NCBI GenBank assembly: GCA_035650735.1
Contig: DASRGZ010000030.1
Location: 1-34,230, forward strand
Reading direction: 5' to 3'
DNA: 34,230 nt
From: Chthonomonadaceae bacterium
GTDB taxonomy: Bacteria; Armatimonadota; Chthonomonadetes; Chthonomonadales; Chthonomonadaceae
Position 1 is the first letter of the stretch; each line of letters opens with the position of its first letter. A program made the translations under genes and the position numbers. Below are positions 8,575 to 16,366 of the stretch, piece after piece. The notes beneath the pieces are model-generated. The model made no database searches, was not told the origin of the DNA, and saw only the letters and a program-made list of their open reading frames with translations.

Positions 8575-10443
8575 TTAGAGCAGCCGGACGCGCTTGAGCG
8601 TGTAGGTGCGGGGCTTGCCCCGGCGCAGGACGGTGATGCGCACGCGACTGTTGGCGGGACCGCAAAGGGCGCGCGCCAGGGCGTAGTTGTTCAGTCCCCG
8701 GATGGGCTTGCCGTTGATGGCGATCACCGTATCCAGCAGGCGCAGGCGAGAGCGGGAGGCCGGGGAGCCGGGGTAGATGGCGGCGACCACAGGGCGCGTG
8801 TTGGGGGCGAGCGCCGCCAGGATGAGGCCGGGATGCGTCCACTCGTCGGGATAGGGATCGCCTGCGGGCAAGGGCGTCAATACCGCCTTCTGCTTGCCGT
8901 AGTCGAGCGTGACGCGGAAGCGGCGCAGGAAGGAGTTGCCCAGGATGCCGAGCGCGGAATCGCTCAGCAGCGCTCCCGTCGAACCGCTCGGCGGGGCGAA
9001 GGAGACGATGACGCCGCGCGCCATCTGCCCGGCGGCGCTCAGGGCCGGCAGGCGCGTCGTCCGCAGCGCCACCGCATGGCCGTCCATCCCCAGGGCATAG
9101 GTATCGCTGCGGGTGGGGCCCAGGCGCAGGCAGGACGCCAGGCGCGGCGGCAGGATCGTCCACATCGCGCCGGTATCGAGCATCATGCGGCACTTCTGGC
9201 CGCCGATGCGGGCCTCCACAATCGGGACATTGGGGCCGATGTCCAGCCCGGCGGGGTCGCCGGAGGGCAGCGGCGCCGAGGCGGGCGCCAGCGTAAGACG
9301 CTGCGCGCCATAATCGAGCGTTACCTGGAACTGTGACAGGAAGTTGTAGCCGAGAATCCCCGCCAGGTCCGCGCCTATCAGGGCACGGAACGAGCTAATA
9401 TCGCTGACGACCACGTTGACATCTTTGACCCTAGCGGAGCCGACCTGGATCGAGGCGACGCGCGTGACGCGTCCTGCCGCCGCCCCGCCGCCCGCGCCCA
9501 GATTCAGCTTCGCGCCCAGCGCAAGGCCCAGCTCTTTCGCGACGTCGGGCATGAGCATGGTGATGCCGGCCCCGGTATCCACCATAAACTTGCGCGGCGG
9601 CTTGCCGTTGATGGAGGCCCGCACGACGACCTCGCCGGTGGAGAAGTCGAAGGGCTCGGCGGCGGAGGTGGCGTTGGCGGAGGCGGCGTCAGGCCGGGCG
9701 AAGACGGAATCGGGAATATCCGAGGCCAGGTCTGCGCGCGTCACCTTGAGTTCCTGCGTCAGCGCGCCGTCGGCGTAGGTCTGCATCTGAAAGCTGATCG
9801 GGATGCCGTCCTGCGGGCGGTAGTCGCGCATCCGATAGAGATAGGCTTCGTCCACGCCGCGCAGGACATTGCGCCCGGTTAAGCCCAGCCCGGCCAGCAG
9901 TCCCGTCTCCGGGTCAAAATAGAAGTCGGTCGGCTCGCCCTTGTCCGGGGGCGTGGCGCGCACGGCCTCCGCCACGAATCCATCCGGCAGCTTCTTGCGG
10001 CCCAGGCTTATCAGCTTGTAGCCGGCGCTCTGGACCTTGAGCAGTAGCCCGGCGTTGTGCTCCTGGGAGAGACGCTGCCCCTCCAGCTCCTCCTGCGATA
10101 GAGAACTGACGATGCCAAGCGCCTGTTTCCAGCCGCCGGTTGGGCCGAGGCAGTACGTGCCCTCCAGACCTCCGCTGCGAAAATCCATGCGCAGCCGGTC
10201 GGGCGTGCGCCGCATGAGGATATGGAGCGTGTTGGCGAACGGCTTATAGACGGTGATGTCGCCCTCCACGGTCAGGTGTGCGCGTGCCTTTTCCAGGCCC
10301 TCCCGCCCGCCATGCGCGGCGATGGCCCGTTCCAGCAGCGCCTCCGGGGCCGCCTGCGGCCCGGTTTGCGCTCCTGCCGCCGTTGCGCTCAAGCAGAGGA
10401 AGCCGAGGAGTAGAAAGAGAGTGCCGATGGGAAAGGTTTTCAA
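8575..10443 (-). CDS. Exported protein with two retropepsin-like aspartyl protease domains and a C-terminal PDZ domain
   Basis: Signal peptide; two DTGA...GILG..FL motifs; PDZ-like PGSPA...D.VIAING; TTG start with SD GAGGAG. Confidence 0.85.
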   Translation of the reverse strand: MKTFPIGTLFLLLGFLCLSATAAGAQTGPQAAPEALLERAIAAHGGREGLEKARAHLTVEGDITVYKPFANTLHILMRRTPDRLRMDFRSGGLEGTYCLGPTGGWKQALGIVSSLSQEELEGQRLSQEHNAGLLLKVQSAGYKLISLGRKKLPDGFVAEAVRATPPDKGEPTDFYFDPETGLLAGLGLTGRNVLRGVDEAYLYRMRDYRPQDGIPISFQMQTYADGALTQELKVTRADLASDIPDSVFARPDAASANATSAAEPFDFSTGEVVVRASINGKPPRKFMVDTGAGITMLMPDVAKELGLALGAKLNLGAGGGAAAGRVTRVASIQVGSARVKDVNVVVSDISSFRALIGADLAGILGYNFLSQFQVTLDYGAQRLTLAPASAPLPSGDPAGLDIGPNVPIVEARIGGQKCRMMLDTGAMWTILPPRLASCLRLGPTRSDTYALGMDGHAVALRTTRLPALSAAGQMARGVIVSFAPPSGSTGALLSDSALGILGNSFLRRFRVTLDYGKQKAVLTPLPAGDPYPDEWTHPGLILAALAPNTRPVVAAIYPGSPASRSRLRLLDTVIAINGKPIRGLNNYALARALCGPANSRVRITVLRRGKPRTYTLKRVRLL

Positions 10444-10728
10444 CGCGTATCTCCTCAGGCCGCTTTCCGTCCGTGCGCGCCGGAACAGGATGGAATACAG
10501 GGAAGCACGTTCCGCTTTCTCTTTCCTTTATCCTTGCGTGATGGGATGCAGGGCTACGCGCTCCCTGCCGCGTCGGGGTGGTCTCTCCTGACCCAGGCGT
10601 CGCAACAGGGAAAGCAGGGAAAGAGGCCAATCGGTCTATCCATAGAAGATGGTTTTCGTGGGAGGAAGGCAAACGGGCCGCTTTCCTGCCAATTGGCAGG
10701 AAAGCGGCCCAGGATACAGAGACGCCGC

Positions 10729-10995
10729 CTATTCGGCCACGAAGGGCAGCAGCGCGATGTGGCGTGCCCGCTTGATAGCCTCGGTGACCATGCGCTGGTG
10801 CTTGGCGCAGGTGCCGGTGGTGCGGCGCGGGACGATCTTGCCGCGATCCGTGATGAGCTTGGTGCGGTAGCGTCCCAGGATCATCTGCTTGTAGTCTATG
10901 TTGGTGGCTTTGTCCACGCAGAACATGCAGACTTTGCGTCGCGGCTTGCGGAACTTGCTAGGCTTGCTGCCGGGTTTACGAGGCGCAGTCGCCAT
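10729..10995 (-). CDS. rpsR: 30S ribosomal protein S18 (Zn-binding form)
   Basis: [40 protein letters not shown]. Confidence 0.97.
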   Translation of the reverse strand: MATAPRKPGSKPSKFRKPRRKVCMFCVDKATNIDYKQMILGRYRTKLITDRGKIVPRRTTGTCAKHQRMVTEAIKRARHIALLPFVAE

Positions 10996-11044
10996 GGGTG
11001 TTCGTTTCCCTTTCTGTTACCAAACGCGGCGGGCCATCGGCGCG

Positions 11045-11515
11045 CTATTCATCCGCAAAGGGATCGGCCTCATCGAGATCGTCTTCCGGGGGAGCGGTAT
11101 TGCGCGCGCTGCCGACGCTGGCAGCCGTCGGGGTTGCCGCGCGTGCCGGAGGCGCAGCGGCGACCGCCTCGCCTTCGGCCGCATTGGCCGTATCGCCGCG
11201 CCGATCCAGCCCTTCGACGTTATCGGCCTCGATCTCGACGACGTTGCGCTTGGTACCGTCCTGGGCGACCCAGGAGCGCGTGCGCAAACGCCCATCTACC
11301 GAGATCAGGCGGCCTTTGGTCAGGTAGTTGGCGGCGAACTCGGCGGTACGCCGCCAGGCGACCACATTAAAGAAATCCGTCTCGTATTCGCCCTGCTCGT
11401 TCTTGGTGACGCGATTGACGGCGATACGCATCTGAGCGACGGCCACGCCTGCGGGCGTGTACTTCATTTCCGGGTCGGCGACAAGACGTCCGACCAAGAC
11501 GACTCGATTCAACAT
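11045..11515 (-). CDS. ssb: Single-stranded DNA-binding protein
   Basis: MLNRVVLVGRL..DPE, TDFF.VVAW, GRL.TRSW; acidic tail DEADPFADE; SD AAGGAG supports ATG 11515; sits between rpsF and rpsR. Confidence 0.97.
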   Translation of the reverse strand: MLNRVVLVGRLVADPEMKYTPAGVAVAQMRIAVNRVTKNEQGEYETDFFNVVAWRRTAEFAANYLTKGRLISVDGRLRTRSWVAQDGTKRNVVEIEADNVEGLDRRGDTANAAEGEAVAAAPPARAATPTAASVGSARNTAPPEDDLDEADPFADE

Positions 11516-11745
11516 GGTCCGATTCTCCTTCACCCTGATGTCCGCCTACCCGATCCCTAGTCCTCTGCATAAAGGCGTTTCCGGTAGATGGCCCGGTTGG
11601 CTCCTCTACCCGGAGGCTCTGGCCTTCGGCGGCGAACAACGGTCCTCATGGTATATGCTGCGAATAGCGACGCCGATTGCGCCGCCCGATAAGTGCTACT
11701 CCGGTCGGCGCGGCGAAAGCGGAAAGGCTTCGCGCGCCGCCCCTG

Positions 11746-12048
11746 CTATTCTTCGTCCTCGTCTTGTCGTACGATGAGATGCCGGATGACGTCATCGCTA
11801 ATGCGGAAGATACGATCTAGCTCCTTGGGAACCTCCGTGTTGGATTGGAACTGCATCAGAATATAGATGCCTTCCCGCCTGTTGGCTATCTCGTAGGCCA
11901 GCGGGCGCCGTCCCTTCTCCCACTTGCCGGTTTCTCCCACCTCACCGCCGCCGTCCGTCACGATCTTCTTGTACTTCTCGATGACCTGCTCGAGGTCTTC
12001 ATCGCTCGTTTCGGGGGCGACGATATACATCGCCTCGTAGTGGCGCAT
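11746..12048 (-). CDS. rpsF: 30S ribosomal protein S6
   Basis: MRHYEAMYI..P, G.R.LAYEI...EG.Y, VIRHLIVR; SD GGAGGTG. Confidence 0.97.
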   Translation of the reverse strand: MRHYEAMYIVAPETSDEDLEQVIEKYKKIVTDGGGEVGETGKWEKGRRPLAYEIANRREGIYILMQFQSNTEVPKELDRIFRISDDVIRHLIVRQDEDEE

Positions 12049-12170
12049 TCTCTTTCACCTCCCCTCGGTCGGGATAGCGCCCGCAGGGCGTGGCAACACC
12101 CCGCAGAGACGCTTCGGGCTCCGGTCTGCCCCGGAGCGGGAAGGACACGGCAGGCAGCGTCTCCGGACGC
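12049..12170 (-). promoter_or_regulatory. Candidate S6:S18 ribosomal-protein leader
   Basis: Structured 5' UTR of rpsF; on the minus strand UCCUUCCCGC can pair with the SD-containing GAGGGGAGG. Called from position and pairing only. Confidence 0.4.
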
Positions 12171-12358
12171 TCCCCGCCCAGGCGTGTCACCCACCCACGC
12201 CTGAATAGTGCCAATTTGTCTCCCTAGTATACCGCATTCGGACCGCTTTTGCAAGTGCGGCAGAGCCAGGAAGTATCCAACCGATGGCAGGTATTTTTAT
12301 CACGTCCAATGAAACCAGCGATGCTACCTGCAAGGCATTCGTAGCTCAGCTCAGAGGC

Positions 12359-12387
12359 TTGACAGGGACAACTTTTGGGTGTAAAAT
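12359..12387 (+). promoter_or_regulatory. Sigma70 promoter, probably the native tRNA-Val promoter
   Basis: TTGACA-17 bp-TAAAAT, 61 nt upstream of the tRNA 5' fragment. Confidence 0.8.
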
Positions 12388-12448
12388 AGGCTGTAATCAC
12401 CTCGGTAGCGCTGTATTTGAACTCAGCGGCCTCCGAGATGTGGCAATT

Positions 12449-12478
12449 GGGCGGTTGGCTCAGTGGTAGAGCGCCTCG
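12449..12478 (+). repeat. attL: 5' 30 nt of tRNA-Val (truncated tRNA)
   Basis: GGGCGGTTGGCTCAGTGGTAGAGCGCCTCG is identical to 34010-34039; identity ends at the anticodon stem/loop boundary. Confidence 0.95.
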
Positions 12479-12546
12479 CTGAGAGGTTTCCGCCTCCTAA
12501 AGACCTGTCGCGAAAATACCGATACAATTTTTATACTTGATAGCTT

Positions 12547-12573
12547 CTGCCTAGCGGCTTTGCCGCTAGGCAG
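12547..12573. terminator. Perfect 12-bp hairpin, possible terminator or insulator
   Basis: CTGCCTAGCGGC-TTT-GCCGCTAGGCAG followed by TCGTCGTTTCT. Confidence 0.55.
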
Positions 12574-12584
12574 TCGTCGTTTCT

Positions 12585-12613
12585 GGGAAATATATTTCCC
12601 GAATATATTTCGG
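12585..12613. promoter_or_regulatory. Tandem palindromic operator candidate
   Basis: Perfect palindrome GGGAAATATATTTCCC overlapping an imperfect copy CCGAATATATTTCGG, directly before the SD of the 12628 ORF. Confidence 0.55.
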
Positions 12614-12627
12614 AAGGAGAACCATTC

Positions 12628-13083
12628 ATGGTCGAAGCAGACATACGGGGTGCGACGCCGCACCTCACCATTCACATCACAGAGGCGTTCCGCCACGAGA
12701 TCGTGGAAATAGCACGGGAGCGCAACGTGTCTCTGGATGAAGCCGCTACGCATCTTTTAGAGAGCAGAGAATTTCGGTTCGCCCCTCGCTTGGAAGCTCA
12801 GCTAAAGGCAATCATAGAGGAGAGCCACCGTTTGAAAAAAGATGGCACTCCCGATGGGCGCTCTCAGGTCAAGAAACGTCCTCCGATCAACACCGTGAAG
12901 CGCGAGGCGGTGGCCGTGGTAGGGCCGATCAAGCAGAGCAAGAACAATAACGCGCTTGGGCATTATACTATACTTCTTTCATGTGACCATACCGTCCCGC
13001 GAGCCGTCTCCAATGGAGACGCTCCGCCGCAGGTAGGCAAGTGTTATGCCTGCAAGGATTGCAGTAGGAAGGTTACCGGTTAA
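12628..13083 (+). CDS. Hypothetical DNA-binding protein (RHH-like N-terminus, C-terminal Zn-ribbon-like motif)
   Basis: SD AAGGAG; HLTIHITEAF..EI..IA..RNVSL.E has a ribbon-helix-helix pattern; LSCDH...CYACKDC. Confidence 0.6.
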   Translation: MVEADIRGATPHLTIHITEAFRHEIVEIARERNVSLDEAATHLLESREFRFAPRLEAQLKAIIEESHRLKKDGTPDGRSQVKKRPPINTVKREAVAVVGPIKQSKNNNALGHYTILLSCDHTVPRAVSNGDAPPQVGKCYACKDCSRKVTG

Positions 13084-13089
13084 AGAAGA

Positions 13090-13112
13090 GGCCCGCTCAA
13101 CAAGAGCGGGCC
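13090..13112. terminator. GC-rich hairpin
   Basis: GGCCCGCTC-AACAA-GAGCGGGCC; the U-rich tail (TCTTCTTT) is on the minus strand. Confidence 0.5.
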
Positions 13113-13187
13113 GGGGCAGAGGGCGCGTGAGTCGTTGGCGCGAAGAGCGCGTCCTCTCCCTTCATTTTGGCACGAAATGGAGGAAAC

Positions 13188-14324
13188 ATGGAATCAAGCA
13201 TTGAGCGCTGCGTACAGCGCTATCTGCATTTTCTACGCACCATCGGCAGGCACTCGACCCAAAAGACATACGGCAATCACTTGCGGGTATGGATGCGCTG
13301 GCTGGATGATGCCGGACTGGAGACCGAAGAGGGTACGAAAATTACCCGGACAAGCCAGATGCACGATGCCAACTCGTTCGAGGTCGTCGCCGCCTTCTAC
13401 GCCTATTTGAAAGTTCGTCGCAAGGCCGACGGCGGACTACTGCATAATAACGCCATTCGGTCGTTCCAGCACGCCATCAGAGCGCTCTGGCGGTTCTGTA
13501 ACGACCAGAAAATGTGGGCACCGGCTCCGGCTCCGCTCACTTTCAATGCTGCAGCACCGGTGCCGATGGTAGCCCATGTAGAAAACCATCGAGAACGCGC
13601 TACCGTGGAGCAGGTAGGAGCTATGCTGGATGCCTGTGACCGCCTCCCATCCGCGCGCGAGTGCGCGCTCGCCTACGCCGTCCTGCAAGTGCTCCTTATC
13701 GCGGGCATTCGGCGCAATGAACTGATCCATCTCGAAGTTAGCGACTACAACCGTGAATCGCGCACGTTGTATGTCCGGGTCGCTAAAGGCGGGACGCCCC
13801 GGACGCAACGGCTGGATGCCGAAACCTGCGCTGCCCTCGATAGGTGGCTGGCTGTCCGGGGCGAGTATATCTGTGGGAGGTGGAAGCAACTGCCGAACCG
13901 CGGATGGCAGCATATTCCCGACGCGGATGCACCGGACTATATGTTCGTCAACAGTCAGAAACGCCACCTCGCCGACGCTGGCATCACATCGCTATTTAAG
14001 CGCCTGCGAATTGTGGCGGGCTTCCGGGAGAACGTCACCATTACCCCCCATGTTCTTCGCCACCTACAAGGAACTCGCATTTATCAGGTGAAGGGCGTCC
14101 GCGCGGCTCAAAAATTCCTGGGTCACAAGAGCGAGCGGACTACCTGGAGATACATTGCTCCGACCAGCGACCAGGAGATGGATGAGGTGCTGACTCAGGT
14201 GCAGTTGCGCCCGAAGCATCAGCCCGCTACCCTGCAGGTAACGATGGCGCAGGCCAGGGAGGGGAAGCATCTCAACGCCGCGGCACCACGCACTCGGCTT
14301 GATCTTCGCAAGCAGCCGACGTAG
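13188..14324 (+). CDS. Tyrosine recombinase/integrase
   Basis: Full catalytic set: GIRRNEL (R), AKGG (K), HVLRH (HxxR), LGH, TWRY (Y); SAM-like N-terminus; SD GGAGG before ATG 13188. Confidence 0.93.
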   Translation: MESSIERCVQRYLHFLRTIGRHSTQKTYGNHLRVWMRWLDDAGLETEEGTKITRTSQMHDANSFEVVAAFYAYLKVRRKADGGLLHNNAIRSFQHAIRALWRFCNDQKMWAPAPAPLTFNAAAPVPMVAHVENHRERATVEQVGAMLDACDRLPSARECALAYAVLQVLLIAGIRRNELIHLEVSDYNRESRTLYVRVAKGGTPRTQRLDAETCAALDRWLAVRGEYICGRWKQLPNRGWQHIPDADAPDYMFVNSQKRHLADAGITSLFKRLRIVAGFRENVTITPHVLRHLQGTRIYQVKGVRAAQKFLGHKSERTTWRYIAPTSDQEMDEVLTQVQLRPKHQPATLQVTMAQAREGKHLNAAAPRTRLDLRKQPT

Positions 14325-14514
14325 AGACGGGCTTGGCTTGTTTTCGACAGTGAAGGAAGCGCTCCACATTTACCTGTTCAGGCATGGAGCAATGCCGGGG
14401 TCACGTAGCGCAACGAATTGGTGCGCCCCGCGGAAATGCGCTTTAGGCTGTGGGAACCCGCGCACCACGGGCTCATGCCGTTCGCTGTGCAATCCCGTCA
14501 GCGGAACTCGGCAC

Positions 14515-14598
14515 TAACAATCAAATCGAGCGGGCGACGCCAGTGTTGACGCACCAGCGCCGCCCTGCTCCATCACCCGGTTAGGAGGTGGGGAGCTA
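14515..14598 (-). ncRNA. Putative antisense (countertranscript) RNA upstream of rep
   Basis: Minus-strand promoter TTGCCG(14634-14629)-18-TGnCATACT(14610-14605); hairpin 14528-14570 pairs well only on the minus strand (G-U there, A-C on plus); U-rich tail follows. Confidence 0.5.
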
Positions 14599-14723
14599 TG
14601 TATCAGTATGACACATCGAGGTGTCGGACGGCAACTGCCACCCAGCATTGCACGGGTAGTTTCCAGTGGTCAACGGTCGTTACGTTGCCCTGCCCGCAGG
14701 AAGGGGGAAGCGATGAAGGCTGA
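14598..14723 (+). CDS. Putative 41-aa leader peptide coupled to rep
   Basis: SD AGGAGGT at 14583, ATG 14598, stop TGA 14721-14723 overlapping the start of rep (ATG 14713) in another frame. Too short for the ORF track. Confidence 0.5.
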   Translation: MYQYDTSRCRTATATQHCTGSFQWSTVVTLPCPQEGGSDEG

Positions 14724-15906
14724 GGACGCCGCCATCACCGCCTGCCTGTCGCACCCCGTTGCCTTCCAGCCCGTCTTCGCCCGTATTGCGGGCGGCGCAT
14801 CGGCGGGCCTGTTCTTATCGCAGTTGTGGTACTGGCATGACAAGGGCGCCGACCCGGACGGCTGGATTTATAAGACTCAGTCCGAAATTGAGGAGGAAAC
14901 CTGCCTGACGCGATGGGAGCAAGAAACTGCCCGCAAAGCCCTTAGACAGCACGGCCTTGTGGAGGAGCAGAAGCGTGGTCTTCCTGCCAAACTCTACTAC
15001 CGGGTCAACATCGCAGCCGTGCTGGAGGCCATTCACGCGCTCGATGCCCCCTATGCTGGGAAGGCTGGCGTGTCGCGCAATCAAGGATGTGGCAAAACCG
15101 CATCCTTGTCTGCGGAAAAACCACGATCAAGTTCGCGGCAAAACCCCAGGCAGGCGTGCGGGAAAACCTCTGGCTTGCTTGTGGAATCTCCCCAGGCTAT
15201 TTTAGGTACAGAGAGTACGACACAGATTACGTCAGAGACAACAACACCCTCCAGGAAAGCGACCGCGGCCCATCGGGGTGATGATGTTGTTGTTTCTGCA
15301 CATAGAGCGCCCGACATGACGGTGCTCGGCGTTCTTTTGCCTGAACCGGCGAAACTTGCCCAAAGTGCCCCGTCCGGCATGAATTCTCCCACAGAAACCA
15401 CCGTCAGTTCCGCTGCTGTCGAGAGGCTGGTGGAGAAGGGCGTCACGCGCAAAGTCGCGCAGCGGCTCGTTTGCAGTCATGGAGATAGGCGCTGTATGGA
15501 CTGGGTGGCGGCGCTGTCCTATTCTTCCTACGAGGACGCCGCGCGCTTTCTTGTCCGTGCTCTCGAAGATGGTTGGTCGCTCCCGATTGCCTATCTACGC
15601 GCCCTGGAAGACGCCCAGGCGCAGAATAAGCAGCGCGCAGATATGGCGCGCCGCGCCGAACATCAACGGATAGCCCGCGAGCAGGCCGACGCAGAGAACG
15701 CTGCGAAAGAAGTGGTGTGGAACGGTCTGACCGACGCGGATCGTTCACGTATTGAAGCCCAGGCATGCGCCGAGATTAGCAAGGGGCGACTCGGAGAGAA
15801 AATGCTGCGCGGCCACATCGGACAGGCCATGATTCACAACAAGTGTTTGAATCTAGCTTGGGATGAGGCACAACCGGATCAAGACCATAAGGCGGATGGG
15901 AGGTGA
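14713..15906 (+). CDS. Phage/plasmid-type replication initiator (winged-helix, lambda O-like organisation)
   Basis: N-terminal LFLSQLWYW..DGWIYKT..E.EEET.LTR.EQETARK.L...GL.EE..RG.PAKLYYR pattern typical of phage replication proteins; iterons in the linker region. Confidence 0.75.
   Translation: MKAEDAAITACLSHPVAFQPVFARIAGGASAGLFLSQLWYWHDKGADPDGWIYKTQSEIEEETCLTRWEQETARKALRQHGLVEEQKRGLPAKLYYRVNIAAVLEAIHALDAPYAGKAGVSRNQGCGKTASLSAEKPRSSSRQNPRQACGKTSGLLVESPQAILGTESTTQITSETTTPSRKATAAHRGDDVVVSAHRAPDMTVLGVLLPEPAKLAQSAPSGMNSPTETTVSSAAVERLVEKGVTRKVAQRLVCSHGDRRCMDWVAALSYSSYEDAARFLVRALEDGWSLPIAYLRALEDAQAQNKQRADMARRAEHQRIAREQADAENAAKEVVWNGLTDADRSRIEAQACAEISKGRLGEKMLRGHIGQAMIHNKCLNLAWDEAQPDQDHKADGR
15078..15192 (+). 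repeat. Five tandem 23-bp iterons (putative origin)
   Basis: Units start at 15078, 15101, 15124, 15147 and 15170; consensus roughly CnnnCWWGnnTGYGGnAAAACCn. Confidence 0.75.
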
Positions 15907-15957
15907 TTTTGCATTGGAATTCGCTGCGTGGGGAGATGGATGCTGACCACTTAACGG

Positions 15958-16227
15958 CTATTCATCAGTGCCATCTTCCCCTGATGACGCCTGCGTTCTG
16001 TGGCGGGGCGAATTCGCCCCACGCGGCAAACGCGCGCGTTGCATCGTTTGGCCGTCAGGCGTCGTGTACGTGCCAAAATCAAAATTTTTAATGTCATCTA
16101 CCTTGATTGCCTTCCGCCCCAGAATCATGATTGCGGGCAGGCGGCCTTCGCGAATAGCCCGGTAGACCGCTGACACGCTTACCGCTTTTAACGCCGCGGC
16201 TTCCTGAACTGATAGATACTCTTCCAT
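15958..16227 (-). CDS. HTH_17 / excisionase-like DNA-binding protein
   Basis: YLSVQEAA.L..VS.SAVYRAI.EGRLPA; SD GGAGGAG. Confidence 0.85.
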   Translation of the reverse strand: MEEYLSVQEAAALKAVSVSAVYRAIREGRLPAIMILGRKAIKVDDIKNFDFGTYTTPDGQTMQRARLPRGANSPRHRTQASSGEDGTDE

Positions 16228-16264
16228 CCGTCTCCTCCAAGACCATTTTACCCCCTCCTCGCAT

Positions 16265-16351
16265 GAAAGTCAAAAATATTGCACTTTCGCCCTTGACAAT
16301 CGAAAGTGCAATGAGTTATACTTTCACAAAAGTGAAATCCAGTGTACTTTC
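16265..16351. promoter_or_regulatory. Divergent control region with three RAAAGT-N12-ACTTTC operators and a TTGACA-18-TATACT promoter
   Basis: Operators at 16265-16288, 16302-16325 and 16328-16351; -35 at 16293-16298, -10 at 16317-16322. Confidence 0.8.
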
Positions 16352-16366
16352 GCGAAGGAGATGAAT

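Noticed and set aside
12335..12356. GCATTCGTAGCTCAGCTCAGAG resembles a tRNA 5' end (Arg-like)
   Set aside because: Only ~17 nt of resemblance, no anticodon or T arm, no partner repeat in the window, and it lies upstream of the -35.
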